DNA from: Octopus sinensis | Taxonomy: Eukaryota | Reading direction: 5' to 3' | Assembly (NCBI RefSeq): GCF_006345805.1 | Contig: NC_043014.1 | Coordinates: 33,356,001 to 33,420,000 of the forward strand | DNA length: 64,000 bases | Part shown: piece after piece, positions 1 through 12,866 of the stretch | How the letters are laid out: each line of letters starts with the position of its first letter | Numbering within the stretch: the first letter of the stretch is position 1 | Made by a program: the position numbers and the translations under genes | The notes under the pieces: generated by a model | What the model was told of the DNA's origin: nothing | Databases searched by the model: none | Seen by the model: only the letters and a program-made list of their open reading frames with translations

Positions 1-130
1 TTGTACACTATCAGCCACAACATTCCGAAAGCCCCAGTGGAGCTGTTGCTAGCATGAGATGGATATCCTGATCAGATGTTTCCTAAGATAAGACATGATA
101 GCCAGACAGTGGTATATCATCAAAACAATA

Positions 131-359
131 TTAACCCTTTCATTACTGTATTTATTTTTAGATGCTCTGTGTTTCTTCCAATTAATTTTGAATATAACAA
201 AGAATTTAGTAAAATAACTTAGTTATCATTAAATTAGTGTTAGGAACATAAATTGTGACTAAGGTTTGGTGGAAGATTTTAATTCAAAACTTATGAAAAC
301 AAGACATTTGTATTCAGATCCAGAGCTGGTTTCAGCCGGGTTGGTAACGAAAGGGTTAA
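131..359. mobile_element. piggyBac-type MITE (TTAA TSD)
   Basis: TTAA|CCCTTTCATTAC ... GTAACGAAAGGG|TTAA; a second copy lies in opposite orientation at 59002-59230. Confidence 0.9.
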
Positions 360-361
360 AG

Positions 362-526
362 TTAGGTAATATTGCCTGGCTTTCCAGGTACAGTTTCCTC
401 TAGAGCAAATTTCTGAGTGAGATTTGCTATCTTGCTCACTACCTCTCCATCTAGAAGTCCAATCTGAACCAGAGTTTGAACAATTTTTCTAAAATCTTTC
501 ATGCTGTATATAACAGTGTAATGAAC
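362..526 (-). CDS. Exon of unidentified minus-strand gene (VHYTVIYSMKDFRKIVQTLVQIGLLDGEVVSKIANLTQKFALEETVPGKPGNIT*)
   Basis: Acceptor ttcag| and a 55-codon open frame in unique sequence. Phase-0 start matches the exon at 6115-6179. Ends at TAA (362-364) or at a possible GC donor after 376. Confidence 0.6.
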   Translation of the reverse strand, partial: VHYTVIYSMKDFRKIVQTLVQIGLLDGEVVSKIANLTQKFALEETVPGKPGNIT

Positions 527-1186
527 CTGAAGTTATCAAGTATGTATTCCATTTCAGATCTTTGATAATATATTATGCAACAACAAAGCAAAACTGATGT
601 AAACTACAAATATTCTATGCTCACAAAAAGATAATGCTGCTCACACTTCAGAAACGTAGAGCTATATCTGGTTATACAGTGGGACTTTAAAGTTAGCCAC
701 AGCAGAATTTGAACTCCTTCTCTTCCTCCTCTTCCAGCATACACTATCAACAACTCCATCACTGTCAATGACGTTATCACATATGTGTGTGTGCATGTGC
801 TCGTGTGTGTGTGTGTGTGTGTGTGCGTGTGTGTGTGTGTGTGTGAGTGTGTTGATATAAATATGTGCAAGGACATCTGTGTATTTTACCAATGGAGTGA
901 ATGACTTGAAAACATATTATCTCAGCAATGACAGGAAAAGCAACTAAATGTGAAGTATAATGAAATATTAATTTATCATGCACACACAGGTACACACGCC
1001 GGTACACACACAAGTACACACACACACACATACACGCACATATATACATGTGAGCATGTATGTGTGTATATGTTTGTATATGTGTGTGTGTGTGTGTATG
1101 TCTGCATATATGAATACACACACACACAGACACACACACACACATATATATACACACACAAATACATTTGCATGTATATGTATGTA

Positions 1187-1217
<31 letters not shown>

Positions 1218-2789
1218 ATGAATGTTGACATTTAGGACAAATGACTAAAACCACAACTCTAGGAGTCATAACTTTAATGGGCTTAAGAGCCAACCTTGCT
1301 TGTTTTGACTGATTTCTTTTTATCATCCCTGACTTTAGTTGAGATTTTTTTCTACATTGCTATTACTCTTTAAAAAGGACATGGGGGTTTTCAGACCTCC
1401 AGTAAATAAAAAAATAGAGAGCTCAAGCTATGCTCTTTCATTCAGCCATGTCTGATGAATATTAATTTTACCTTTCTATGCTTGGAAGGTTCTTTAACAT
1501 TAGGTGATATGAATCAGCAGTTATGAGACTAAATTAATCATCCTTTTTACTAAAGGCACAAGGCCTGAAATTTTGGTGTGGGGGTTAGTCGATTTCATCA
1601 ACCCCAGTACATAACTGGTACTTATTTCTTCAATCCTGCAAGGGTGAAAGACAAAGTTGACTTCAGTGGAATTTGAACTCCAAAAGCAAAGACAGATGAA
1701 ATTCCACTAAGCATTTTGCCAGATAGTCACCTTAGACTAAATTATTGATACAGTATATATAATGTGTGTGTATGTAAGTATGTATAGATGTATAGATACA
1801 AACATTAAAGACAGAAAGACAGAGTGGATGAGCTAGAGAAGAAAGGAATGATTGAGAGAGAGTAGAGCAGTGAGTGGGGACAGACACAGACACACACGCA
1901 TATATATATATATACACACACATATACATATTTACACACACACACACATACATACATATATATATATATGTACACACACACAAATACATGTGCATGTATA
2001 TGTATATATATATGTGTGTGTCTGTGTGGAATAATAAACTTTCCTCTAACTTGATCACCATCCTGCCCTCTCCACATGATTCCTTATCATAGCAATCATT
2101 TTAATTCCAGCTGGTGACCAGAAATCAATATATGTTTGTAATTGAAGTAGTTAATATGGAACCTGGTTATTAGATAAGGTTCCAGTATTTGGTAAGAAGA
2201 GAGCAAATGTCTGTGTGTGTGTCTGTGTGCATGTCTGTATGTTTGTATGTTTGTATGCATGTGGGTGTTTATATGCTTGTGACTGCATGTATGTACATGT
2301 GTATAAACATATGCATGTGAATGTTTGTGTGATTGCAAGTCTGTGTATGTATGTATATGTGTGTTTGGTATTGGTGTTGGTGGCGGGGAGCCATAATTAA
2401 AAAAGTATTGGATAAACAGCTCCGTGTAATCATAGCTTTGGGTAGATGAAGTCAGACGAATGCAGGTTTTCTTCTAAGTAGAGACCTTGAACACATTTTC
2501 CTGTGGTGACATGACAACTGAGTCACATTTAACAGTATTACCATACATACATGACATGAGAAGACTGACTCATTCAACACCATACACTCACTACACAAAG
2601 AGGCGGTCTTCTCTACCATCACCCAAGTCAATGAAGGAGTACCTATGCTGATTTTTATGTCTTTGCAGAAATAACATTCTAGTCTCCCTAAAATTCCAAC
2701 CTACCCATCTTAAGGCATTGGATAATGTGGCCCTAAGTATACAATATTTGAAATGAAAAATGGTGTGGCCATCGCTATAATATCTTTGA

Positions 2790-3475
2790 TCATATTGCTT
2801 CCCAACCACATGGTTCTGATTTCAGTCCCACTGCTTGATACATTGGGCAAGTGTCTTCTGCTATAGCCTCTGGCTGACCAAAGCCTTGTGAATGAAGTTG
2901 GTAGACAGAAACTGAAAAGCAGTGAGCTGGCAGAAAACGTTAGTGAAATGCTTAGCAGTATTTCATCTGAGTTCAAATTCCGCGAAGGTCGACTTTGGGG
3001 TCAATAAATTAAGTTCCAGTTATGCACTGGGATCGATGTAATCGACTTATTCCCTTTGTTTGTCCTTGTTTGTCCCCTCTATGTTTAGCCCCTTGTTGGC
3101 AATAAAAAAATAAGAAATAAGAAATTAAAGAAGCCCATTGTATATAAAAATATATATATAAATGTATATGTATATGAAGATGTGTGTGTGCGTATGTGTG
3201 TGTGTGTGAGTGTGCACGCACGTGTGTGTGTTTCTGTATTTGTTTTTTCCTACTACTGCTTAACAACTGGTATTGGTGTGTTTACATTGCCATAACTTAG
3301 CAGTTTGGCAAAAGAGACCAACGAATTAAGTACCAGACTTTACAAAAAAAAAAAGAAATAATAAAATAATAAGTACTGGGGTTGATACATTCAGCTAAAA
3401 TTCGTCAAGGGGGTACCCTAGCATGGCTACAGTCTAATGACTGAAACAAGTAAAAGATAAAGATAAAAGATAGGT
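2790..3475 (+). mobile_element. tRNA-derived SINE family A with a nested family-B SINE (2918-3125)
   Basis: Head ...ccacatggttc...ttgggcaagtgtcttctgctatagcc, internal (TG)n, tail gactgaaacaagtaaaaga; interrupted by a gtgagctggcagaaaacgttag... element. Confidence 0.8.
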
Positions 3476-3639
3476 TTGCGTCTGTGCAACCGCCAGTCTA
3501 TCGCATGTGGTGGGTGGATCTTCAAGTTACCACACAATCTTAGTAGCTTAGTGTAGGCTCAAATTAGAGATTATTCTTTGTGGCTAATGGCGTGAGTCCT
3601 GATTGGAAGAAGAAGAAGGAAAAAAAAAGACAACAGCAA

Positions 3640-3962
3640 TAAGGCTAGTACTTTTTTCCTCGGTCTCTTTTCCCAAACCGCTAAGTTACGGGGACGTAAA
3701 CACACCACCAAGTTGTCAAGTGACATTGGGGGGGACAAACACAGACACACAAACATATACACACACACACACTCACATTTTATATATATATATATATGAT
3801 GGGCTTCTTTCAGTTTCCGTCTACCAAATCCACTCACAAGGCTTTGGTTAGCCCGAGGTTATAGTAGAAGACACTTGCCTAAGGTGTCACACAGTTGGAA
3901 TGAACCCGGAACCATGTTGTTGGTAAGCAAGCTACTTACCACACAGCCACTCCTGCACCTAT
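3640..3962 (-). mobile_element. SINE family A (partial)
   Basis: Matches the copies at 6222-6658, 11275-11712 and 20575-20942. Confidence 0.85.
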
Positions 3963-4899
3963 ATATATATATTGTCAGTATCCAGCTATGAAAGCAATTA
4001 TCTCCTCCTAGTTTTTGTCATACCATCTCACTCTTTTTCTCTCTTATATATTCACCTGTACACAATCATGCAAATACACATGTGTGTGGGCACACACGTA
4101 TACATGCGTATGTAACACCTACATGTACCATCCACCAATCATGCAATGTTTGTTGTCTTTCCGTTGGTGGTCTGCAAAGACAAATGTCAATACATAATAT
4201 CAGTTGTCATGATTCTAATTGTTGTGGAAAGACTGCAATTCATCTCCTGAGATAAAATGTCATCTTTGCTTGGCAGTTCTTTTAACAAGCTATTGTTATA
4301 TTCATTACTGAGTCAACTTCCGTCACACACCACACATACACATACACACTTACTCATACACACACACACACATGCATCTACACGTGTGTGCACACGCACA
4401 CATGCGCACAAACCTATATACACATATATGTATGTAGATTTATATACATGCATATTATCTTATTCTTTTCTTTCTTTCATGTGTTTCAGCCCAAAGGTTG
4501 TGGCCATTCTGGAGCACTGCCAGTACCATTATCTTTTCAATGGCCATTCTCATGTGGTTGACTTTTGGAGAAGGAGGGAGTTTAATATTTCAGCCCTTTT
4601 CCAAGTTTTCTTGCCGTGATGTAGATTCATCTGGGAACTGAGACAGGAGAAGATCAAAGTGCTTCTATCCTCATTCCATGTAGATTCCTCAGGATTTTTC
4701 GACAAAATATCAAAGAGCTGTGTGATCTTTAACCCCTAAGCTATTGCAGTACCTGGTCATTACTCTAGATGGGAGGAGTTGGGCATTAGGAACAGTGTGG
4801 GGGCATCCTGTTTAGGAGATGGTATAACTCACAGTGCTAAAGTTTGATGGTTTTATTCAATTATGAGGGGACAGCCATCAAATATATATATAATCCTCC

Positions 4900-5106
4900 T
4901 CCTCATCATCATCATCGTTTAACATCCACTTACCATGCTGGCATGGGTTGGATGATTTGACTGAGGACTGGCAAGCAAGGAGGCTGCACCAAGCTTCAAT
5001 CTGATCTGGCAGAGTTTCTACAGCTGGATGCCCTTCCTAACACCAACCACTCTGAGAGTGTAGTGGGTGCTTTTTATGTACTACCAGCACGGGGGTCACA
5101 GGGGTG

Positions 5107-5137
<31 letters not shown>

Positions 5138-5735
5138 AGCATGCACACGAGTGTGCATGTGTGTATATATATTAAGTGCTGATCTCTAACTGTGGAGGAA
5201 ACCTGTGGAGGAGGTAGACCCAAGAAGACATGGGATGAGTTGGTGAGCATGATCTTTGAATATCAGGCCTCACAGAGGCCTATTAAGACCTGTTCAGCCA
5301 AATGAAACTGTAGTTATAGATAATGCCAGTATCATGTAACAGGTGCCCATGCCAGTGGCACATAGAAAGCACCCCTTGAATGTTGGGCCTTGTGGAGGTA
5401 ACGATAAGTGACCGAGACCTTTGGTGATATGCCATATTTAAGAAGACTTGTCAAACAAAGTGGAATCTTAGTTGTAGCCAATGTTGGTGCCATATAACTG
5501 GCACCCATGCCAGTGGCATATAAAAAAAAACTATTTGTTGACATCAGGGAGGGGCATCTAGCCATAGAAACCATGCCAAATCGGATTGGAACCTGATGCA
5601 ACTCTCCAGCTTATCGGTTTCAGTCAAACCATTAAATCCATGCAAACATGGTAAGCAGGCGCTGAATGACGATGACGACAATGATGATGATGATGACAAT
5701 GATGATGATGATGACGATGATAATGATGATGATAC
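4900..5735. mobile_element. RTE LINE 3' tail fragments in both orientations, ending in (GAT)n
   Basis: Shares gggcatccagctgtagaaac...ccaacccatgc...aaacgatgatgat with the 3' end of the RTE at 61953-63710. Confidence 0.8.
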
Positions 5736-5826
5736 AGGTACACATGCTGATATACATATACATACACATATACATACATATGTGTGTATATATGTACATG
5801 TGTGCATGTGTGTGTGTGTGTGTGTG

Positions 5827-5864
<38 letters not shown>

Positions 5865-6114
5865 ATGGGTGTATAAAATAAATTAGTTGGTTAGAGTCAA
5901 TAAACCACTGAACGGATTACCATGCAGTATTTGTTCCATCTCACTGCACTCTGAGTTAAAGTCCTGCTGAGATAAACTACTTAGTCTTTTGTCCTTTCAG
6001 GATAGATAGAAAAGAACCAGTGAAAGGGTGGTATGCTGGCAGAACTGTTCAAGTGTCAGATAAAATGTCATGCAATATCTGTTCTGCCACTTTACTACAT
6101 TTTGACAGCAATAC

Positions 6115-6179
6115 CTTTGAAGACTCTGATATCATGCTGTATCGGCTTTTAAGATGGCGGCTTTTCTCTTGCACAACAT
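6115..6179 (-). CDS. Exon of unidentified minus-strand gene ((N)VVQEKSRHLKSRYSMISESSK)
   Basis: Acceptor ctcctttctccatgccacag| and donor AAG|gtattg; 65 nt; phase 1 in, phase 0 out, compatible with both neighbouring exons. Confidence 0.7.
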
Positions 6180-6221
6180 CTGTGGCATGGAGAAAGGAGA
6201 TTTTCATGCAAAGGGCAAACT

Positions 6222-6422
6222 CTTTACTTGTTTCAGTCATTTGACTGCGGCCATGCTGGAGCACCGCCTTTAGTCGAGCAAATCGACCCCAGGACTTATT
6301 CTTTGTAAGCCTACTACTTATTCTATCAGTCTCTTTTGCCGACCCGCTAAGTTAGGGGGACATAAACACACCACCATCGGTTGTCAAACGATGTTGGGGG
6401 GAACAAACACAGACACACACAT

Positions 6423-6489
<67 letters not shown>

Positions 6490-6658
6490 TATATATGACG
6501 GACTTCTTTCAGTTTCCGTCTACCAAATCCACTCACAAGTCTTTGGTCAGCTCGAGGCTATAGTAGAAGACACTTGCCCAAGGTGCCACGCAGTGGGACT
6601 GAACCTGGAACCATATGGTTGGTAAGCAAGCTACTTACCATACAGCCACTCCTGCGCA
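6222..6658 (-). mobile_element. SINE family A, full length
   Basis: tRNA-like head gcgcaggagtggctgtatggtaagtagcttgc...ggttccaggttcagtccc, internal microsatellite, gactgaaacaagtaaagag tail. Confidence 0.9.
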
Positions 6659-6814
6659 TGGTCAGTTTCTAAGAAAACTTTTCCTACACCTGCACATACA
6701 TACGGCTACACATGAACAACCCTATCCAATGGACCCTCTTTATGTATGCATGTGTGTGTGTGTGTGTGTTCTTTCACTTTTCAATTTGAGAGTAAATTTT
6801 GAGTGACCACCTAC

Positions 6815-6970
6815 TTTGGTAGAAAGGTTGTGAAGTAAAGTATCTTCTTTTAACCATCATCCTCGAAATCTTAAGAAGGTCTTGCAGATTTTTATAGTCT
6901 CGGATATCATGATCATTTGTAGCATATGAATTAAGGATTTGCAGTCTCTCCCCAAGATCCCAAGTTTGGC
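6815..6970 (-). CDS. Exon of unidentified minus-strand gene (QTWDLGERLQILNSYATNDHDIRDYKNLQDLLKISRMMVKRRYFTSQPFYQ)
   Basis: Acceptor ccattcatctag| and donor CAAA|gtaggt; 156 nt, phase 1/1; open frame in unique sequence between microsatellites. Confidence 0.7.
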
Positions 6971-7214
6971 CTAGATGAATGGATGTGTATATGTATATGT
7001 ATATGTGTATGCATGTGCATATATATATATATATGTATGTATGTATGTGTGTGTGGGTGGGTGGGTGTGTGTGTGTGTATGTGTTTGTATTCATGTGTAT
7101 GTATGTATGTATCTATATATATATGTTCTCTTCTATCTTCAATTATTTGTCATGTTCCAGTTAGTAAATGATTCCTAATAAAGATACATACTCTTGTAAT
7201 TAGATTATAGTTAA

Positions 7215-8595
7215 TTAAGAAGAGCAACATCACATGTTGAACTTGAGAAAAGTCTGGTGTAATTTTAATTTTTAGCTTACTGAGTGTATTTGTAATGTCC
7301 ATGTTAACTGGTTGATTTCTTTTTGTGAAAGCTCTAGCTTTTCCAGAGTGTCACTTAGGCATTTACAAACAAAAACGAATTGCACCATTGTTAATACAAA
7401 TGTGAATTAAGGGAGTGAGCTAGCAGAATCATTAGCATGCCAGGCAAAATGTTTAGTGGTATTTTGCCCATCTTGACATTCTGAGTTCAAATTCCGCCAA
7501 GGTTGACTGCCTTTCATTGCTATTAGGGTCAATAAAATAAATACCAGTTAAGCACTGAGATTGATGTAATTAACTTACTACCTTCCCCGAATTTGCTGGC
7601 CTTGTGCTGGAATTTAAAACCAATATAAATGTGAATTTATAATCTGAGTATAGAAGCTGAAGATTCTGAAGCAGTTGTCTGTAGTTATCCTTTTTCTCTT
7701 TGATTTTTGAAGAGATATTCAAATCAGTAGGGCAGCCGAAGCTTTAGGATGGTACACACGTTTTTCCTTTTTGTTCAAACAGCTATACTCAGCTATCGTT
7801 GTTTGCACTTGATATAAATTTTGATGGTAATGTCCCACCAATATTCCCTGTGTTAAAGTTTAGACATGTTTTCAATAACAGGGGAATTCTCTCTATTTAT
7901 CCCAGAACAGTATCTTTTTTTTTTATTTTGGATGGCATTGTGTTTTGTTTTAGCTATAACGTCATGTCACATTGGAAGGCAGTATCTTGATGACACTTTT
8001 GGGCAGCTGCTAGTCACATGTATGATGTCTTCCACAGAAATGTGGCGTAATTTTGGAGCTCTATGGGCTTCACTGTCTCTTTTGTTAATTAAGAATTTTG
8101 TCTCCTACTCTTGGATTGCGTACATGGTCTAGTGGTTAGAACAGCGGACTCGCAGTTGAGGGATCGCGAGTTCAAATCTCAGACTGAGCAATGTGTGTGC
8201 TTATAAGCTCCACATGGCCTAGTGGTTAGAGCAGCGGACTCGCTGTTGAGTGATCGCGGGTTCAAATCTCAGACTGGGCAATGTGTGTGCTTATAAACTC
8301 CATGCGGCTCTGGTAGAAAGTAATGGCAAACTTCTGTTGACTCTTTTGTTACAACTTTCTCTCACTCTTTCCTACTGCATCTTGCAGTTCACCTGCAACC
8401 GACTGGTATCCCTTCCAGGTGGGGAACCCATACGCCAAGGAAACTGGGAAACTGGCCCTTATGAGCTAGGCATGACTCGAGAAGGAACAAAGAAACTCTT
8501 GGATTGCAAATGCACAGCTTTTGAAGTGTGAGGTAATGAAGTGGTCACATGTCCAAGAGAAGCTGCACTTCTTGTTAATATTAGTATCATCTTAA
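7215..8595 (-). mobile_element. Decayed R4/Dong-type non-LTR retrotransposon 3' end (restriction-like endonuclease region) with two nested SINEs
   Basis: Translates to ITSHF..AFAIQE..VEDIIHVTSSCPKVSSRYCLPM*HDVIAK..EYWWDITIK..LEKLELS, colinear with 44571-45005. Confidence 0.8.
8120..8494 (+). mobile_element. tRNA-derived SINE family C with tandemly duplicated head
   Basis: Two successive tagtggttaga..cagcggactcgc..gttcaaatctcagac heads; flanked by a 13-bp TSD actcttggattgc. Confidence 0.85.
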
Positions 8596-9109
8596 GGTGG
8601 TGAGCTGACAGAATTGTGGGCCCAACAGGCAAAATATGTAGTGGCATTTCATCTGTCTTTATGTTCTGCCAAGGTCGAATTTGTCTTTCATTCTTTTGGG
8701 GTCAATAAAATAAGTACCAGTTGAGCACTGGGGTTGACTAACCCCTCTACAAAATTGCTGGCCTTGTGACAAAATTTGAAACTGGTATTATTAAAAAGGG
8801 AATATACATACATACATATGTATGGATAGATGGATGGATTGATGGCTAGATGGATGGTTACATGCTAGGGTCAGCATGTAACCATCTATTGGGGTTTGTC
8901 GTTGTTGTTGTTTGAACTAGATGTAACTCTAGATTTTATTTAAATATCATAAATAAATAAGTGGCTTAATAGGTGTATATAATTATAAGGTTTTGAGTAT
9001 AGAAATATAAATATATGCTTGTTTGTTTAATGAAACTTATTGATATTGTAATTGTTTTATAAATATAATGTTGTTTTCATTGTATTAACTGTTAATATTA
9101 GTATGTATT

Positions 9110-9875
9110 ATCATCATCATCATCATTTAATGTCCGTTGTCCATGTTGGACAGTTTGGCTGGGCTGACACTCTGCAAGGCTGCACCAGACTCCAGTCTGA
9201 TTTAGCATGGTTTTCTATGGTTGGATGCCCTTCCTAACACCAACCATTCTGAGAGTGTAATGGGCGCTTTTACATGTCACTGGCACAGGTGCCATTTGTG
9301 TGATGCTGGGGTGTGTTTACATGCCATCGGTACAGGTGCCAATTTGCATGACATTGGTATCTGCCACGACTGTAATTTTGCTCAGCTTGATGGGTCTTCT
9401 TCTCAAGCACAACATAATGCCAAGGGTCTTGGTCATTTCCTTCACAAGGCCCAACACTTGGAAAGAACTCAGTCACTTTGCCTCCGTGAGGCCCAACACT
9501 CAAAAGGAACTCAGTCACCTTGACTCCTTGAGGCCCAATGCTCGAAAGGAACTCAGCTACCTTGCCTCTGTGAGGCCCAATGCTCAAAAGGAACTCAGCC
9601 ACTTTGCCTCTGTGAGACTCAACACTCAAAAGATGTTCTTTACATGCCACCAGCACAGTTGCACTTGGCTTGACAGATCCTCTCAAACACAGCACTTTGC
9701 CAAAGGTCACTGTCACCAGTCACTGCCTCTGTGAGGCTCAAATTTCAAAGGTCATGCTTCACCATCTCATCCCATGTCTTCCTGGGTCTACCTCTACCAA
9801 AGGTTCTCTCCACAATTAGAGTTCAGCACTTTTTTACACAGCTGTCCTTGTCCATATGCATCACATGACCATATT
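9110..9875 (-). mobile_element. RTE LINE 3' end with internal ~42-bp tandem repeat
   Basis: RGRPRKTWDEMVKHDL-like C-terminus at ~9750-9800; (CAT)n tail at 9110; gaggcccaa..ctcaaaaggaactcag units at 9447-9630. Confidence 0.8.
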
Positions 9876-10519
9876 GTTAAAATTATGTCCACCAGAATAA
9901 AACAAGAATCAAAGAGGTCTACAGGCCATCACTTTGCATAGCATTGCTAAAGAGTATGATGACAGGAGAATCATGGAGAATGGATGGATGTTGCCAGAAT
10001 GCAATCCTTCCCCACACAAGCATCATGGTTTGGGCAAAAAAGAGAAAAGGAGGAGTAGCAAGTGATAGAGAGGTGGTGGAGGTATGTGGGGTGGGGGAAG
10101 ATATTCAATTTGCACAAATCAAATACTTTTCTTTCAATTTAATTATGGGTGGTAGTATGGTACGGTGAGAAGAAGAGACAATGGGGGAGATGAAATGTTA
10201 TAAAATACACACAGTGGGATGGTGGGAGATAGTGAGGGTACAGGAAAAGGGTACATGTACACTTGGCAGGGTGTATGCTCTAACCCACTGTTCAAGTATT
10301 TCACCTGGTTTGTGTGGGTGATTGAGACTTCTGCGGCATTGTGTTCACATCCAGTCAACATGGTCCTCTGCCACCAACCTCTTCATCTGTAACATCATTT
10401 TTTATCACCTTCCTCCCTAAGGCTTCATTGGTCTCCCTAATTCCACAAGTACCATTCATTTTGAGTATTCAGCACTTGATTAAGCAGCTGTAATTTTTCA
10501 TTCACATTTTGTGACTTCA

Positions 10520-11032
10520 AAATCAATTCGATGACTGGCATCCGTGCTAGCGGGATGCAAAGAGCACCATACGAGTGTGATCATTGACAGAGCGGCTATT
10601 CGAGTATGATCGTTACCAGCATCGCCTTACTGGCACTTATGCCTGTGCTAGTAGGGTGCCAAGAGCACCATCCGAGTGTGATCATTGCCAGAGTAGCCAA
10701 CTGGCTTCAGTACCCATGACATGTAAAAGGGCACCATTCGAGCGTGATCGTTACCAATGTCACTTCACTGGCACCTGTGTCGGTGGCACATGTAAAATGA
10801 TTTGAGTGAGGTCATTGCCAGTACCGCCTGACTGGCCCCCGTGCCAGTGGCACGTAAAAAGCACCCACTACACTCTTGGAGAGGTTGGCATTAGGAAGGG
10901 CATCCAGCTGTAGAAACTCTGCCAGATCAAGATTGGAGCCTGGTGCAGCCATCTGGTTCGCCAGCCCTCAGTCAAAATCGTCCAACCCATGCAAGCATGG
11001 AAAGCGGATGTTAAACGATGATGATGATGATG
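10520..11032 (+). mobile_element. RTE LINE 3' UTR with sub-repeats and (GAT)n tail
   Basis: Same tail as 63250-63710. Confidence 0.85.
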
Positions 11033-11274
11033 TAGGAGTAAGAAAAAAGAAAAAAAAAAGAAGACTTGCATGGCTGTGTGGTTAAGAAGCTTGCATTGCA
11101 ACCACATGATTTCAAGTTCAGTCCTACCATGCAGCACCTGGGGCAAGTATCTTCTATTATAGCACCATATCTTCTGTTAATGCCTTATGAGTGAATATGG
11201 AAACTATGTAGAAGCCTGTCTTTATATATGTATATGTAAATGTACCTGTCCCCACCTGACAACTAGTGTTCTTT

Positions 11275-11484
11275 TATTCTTTTACTCTTTCACTTGTTTC
11301 AGTCATTTGACTGCGGCCATGCTGGATCACCACCTTTAGTTGAGCAAATCAACCCAAAGACTTATTCTTTGGAAGCCTAGTACTTATTCTATCAGTTTCT
11401 TTTGCTGAACCCCTAAGTTATGGGGACGTAAACACACCAGCATCAATTGTCAAGCGATGTTGGGGGACAAACACAGACACACAA

Positions 11485-11547
<63 letters not shown>

Positions 11548-11712
11548 CGACGAGCTTCTTTCAGTTTCTGTCTACCAAATCCACTCACAAGGCTTTGGTC
11601 GGCCCGAGGCTATAGTAGAAGACACTTGCCCAAAGTGCCATGCAGTGGGACTGAACCCAGAACCATATGGTTGGTAAGCAAGCTACTTACCACACAGCCA
11701 CTCCTGCACCTA
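11275..11712 (-). mobile_element. SINE family A, full length
   Basis: Colinear with 6222-6658. Confidence 0.9.
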
Positions 11713-12607
11713 CATCCCTGTAACTTAGTGGTTCAGCAAAAGTGAGCAATAGAATAAATATGAGATTTTAAATAAAAACAGTACTGAGGTCAATTTGCTC
11801 AACTAAAGCCTTTAAGGTGATACCTCAAGAATGGTCACAGTCTAATGATTAAAACAATTAAAAATTAAAAGATAAAACACAAAATATAATACGAAAGCTG
11901 TGTCAAAATCTGGGAATAGCAAATTTTTGTCAATGGTTCCAGCAACTGAAAGAATTCTTCACACTTTTGTAGACTTTTGTTCTCACAACACTGCCAGGAT
12001 TGATAAAACAATTTTGTTTGAAATCATTTTTGAGAAATGTATTAATGGTTTGTTCATGTACAGCTTGGCCTTTTCATTAAAATAATGATTTTAGAATTTA
12101 GCACAAGGCCAGAAGTTTTAGGGGTCTGGACTAAGTCAATAACATCGACCCCAGTGATCAACTGGTAATTATTCTATCAACCCCAAAAGGATGAAAGGCT
12201 AAGTTGACCTCGGCGGAATTTGAACTCGGAAAGTAAAGAACGACAAGATACTGCTAACGATTTTGCCCAGCATGCTAACGATTCTGCCAGCGCACCAAAA
12301 TTTTTTTAACAAAATGATCTTGGCCATGACAAAATATATCAATACAAAATATATCAAACTAGAAGAACAAAACCTGATTGCAATTATATAAGAATGAAAT
12401 CCTGTGAAAATGTACTGCAAGATGTACAGGTGTTGTTGAGAAAACTTGAAGAAAATTATGAATGCATTGAAAAAGAAAAATATGAAGAGAAAATTAAAAA
12501 AGTTTTTATGTGAGATGTCTCTCATTGGCCTCAATTTCCACGCCCACAGGTTTCATTTCCAACTCTAGAAATTATGGTAGGCATGCATATATGAATACGC
12601 TATATGC

Positions 12608-12866
12608 CCACCGACATATGGCGTAGTGGTTAAGAGCATGGGCTACTAATCCCAAGATTCCGGGTTCGATTCCAGGCGGTGACTTGAATAATAATAATAA
12701 CATACCTTAGGAATGAGAACCTAGGTTTGAAATTTCCCCAAGACACCTGATGAAGGCTGGAAGGTATATCAGCTGAAACGTTGTGTTAACAAGATGAGGA
12801 CAAATATCCGTCAAATGTAAATAATGTAAATAATATACATAATTTCTCATCTCTTAAATATAGAAC
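12608..12866 (+). mobile_element. tRNA-headed SINE with Penelope-like tail containing a hammerhead motif
   Basis: A box tggcgtagtgg, B box ggttcgattcc, (AAT)n linker, then CTGATGA-stem-GAAAC; headless copy on the minus strand at ~58475-58640. Confidence 0.75.
12742..12787 (+). ncRNA. Minimal type I hammerhead ribozyme motif
   Basis: gacac CTGATGA aggctg(gaaggtatat)cagct GAAAC GTT gtgtt: stem I gacac/gtgtt, stem II, palindromic AACGTT in place of stem III. Confidence 0.65.

Noticed and set aside
1240-1400. Possible extra minus-strand exon (KKISTKVRDDKKKSVKTSK)
   Set aside because: Acceptor lacks a pyrimidine tract and the donor is weak; not needed for phase continuity
604-2400. Many 60-130 aa ORFs rich in HT, CV or YI dipeptides (here and throughout the window)
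   Set aside because: Translations of (CA)n, (TA)n and (TACA)n microsatellites
7280-7355. Exon-like stretch with gtaagc donor (DTLEKLELSQKEINQLTW)
   Set aside because: It is the C-terminus of the R4/Dong fragment (matches LEKLGFSKPE at ~44965) and is out of phase with the next exon
9447-9630. Regularly spaced ~42-bp repeats resembling a CRISPR array
   Set aside because: Tandem units without unique spacers, inside an RTE 3' UTR; eukaryotic context and no cas genes
12615-12685. tRNA gene (also at 19678, 31563 and 41799)
   Set aside because: A/B boxes are present, but there is no clean acceptor stem and each continues into a repeat body; these are SINE heads
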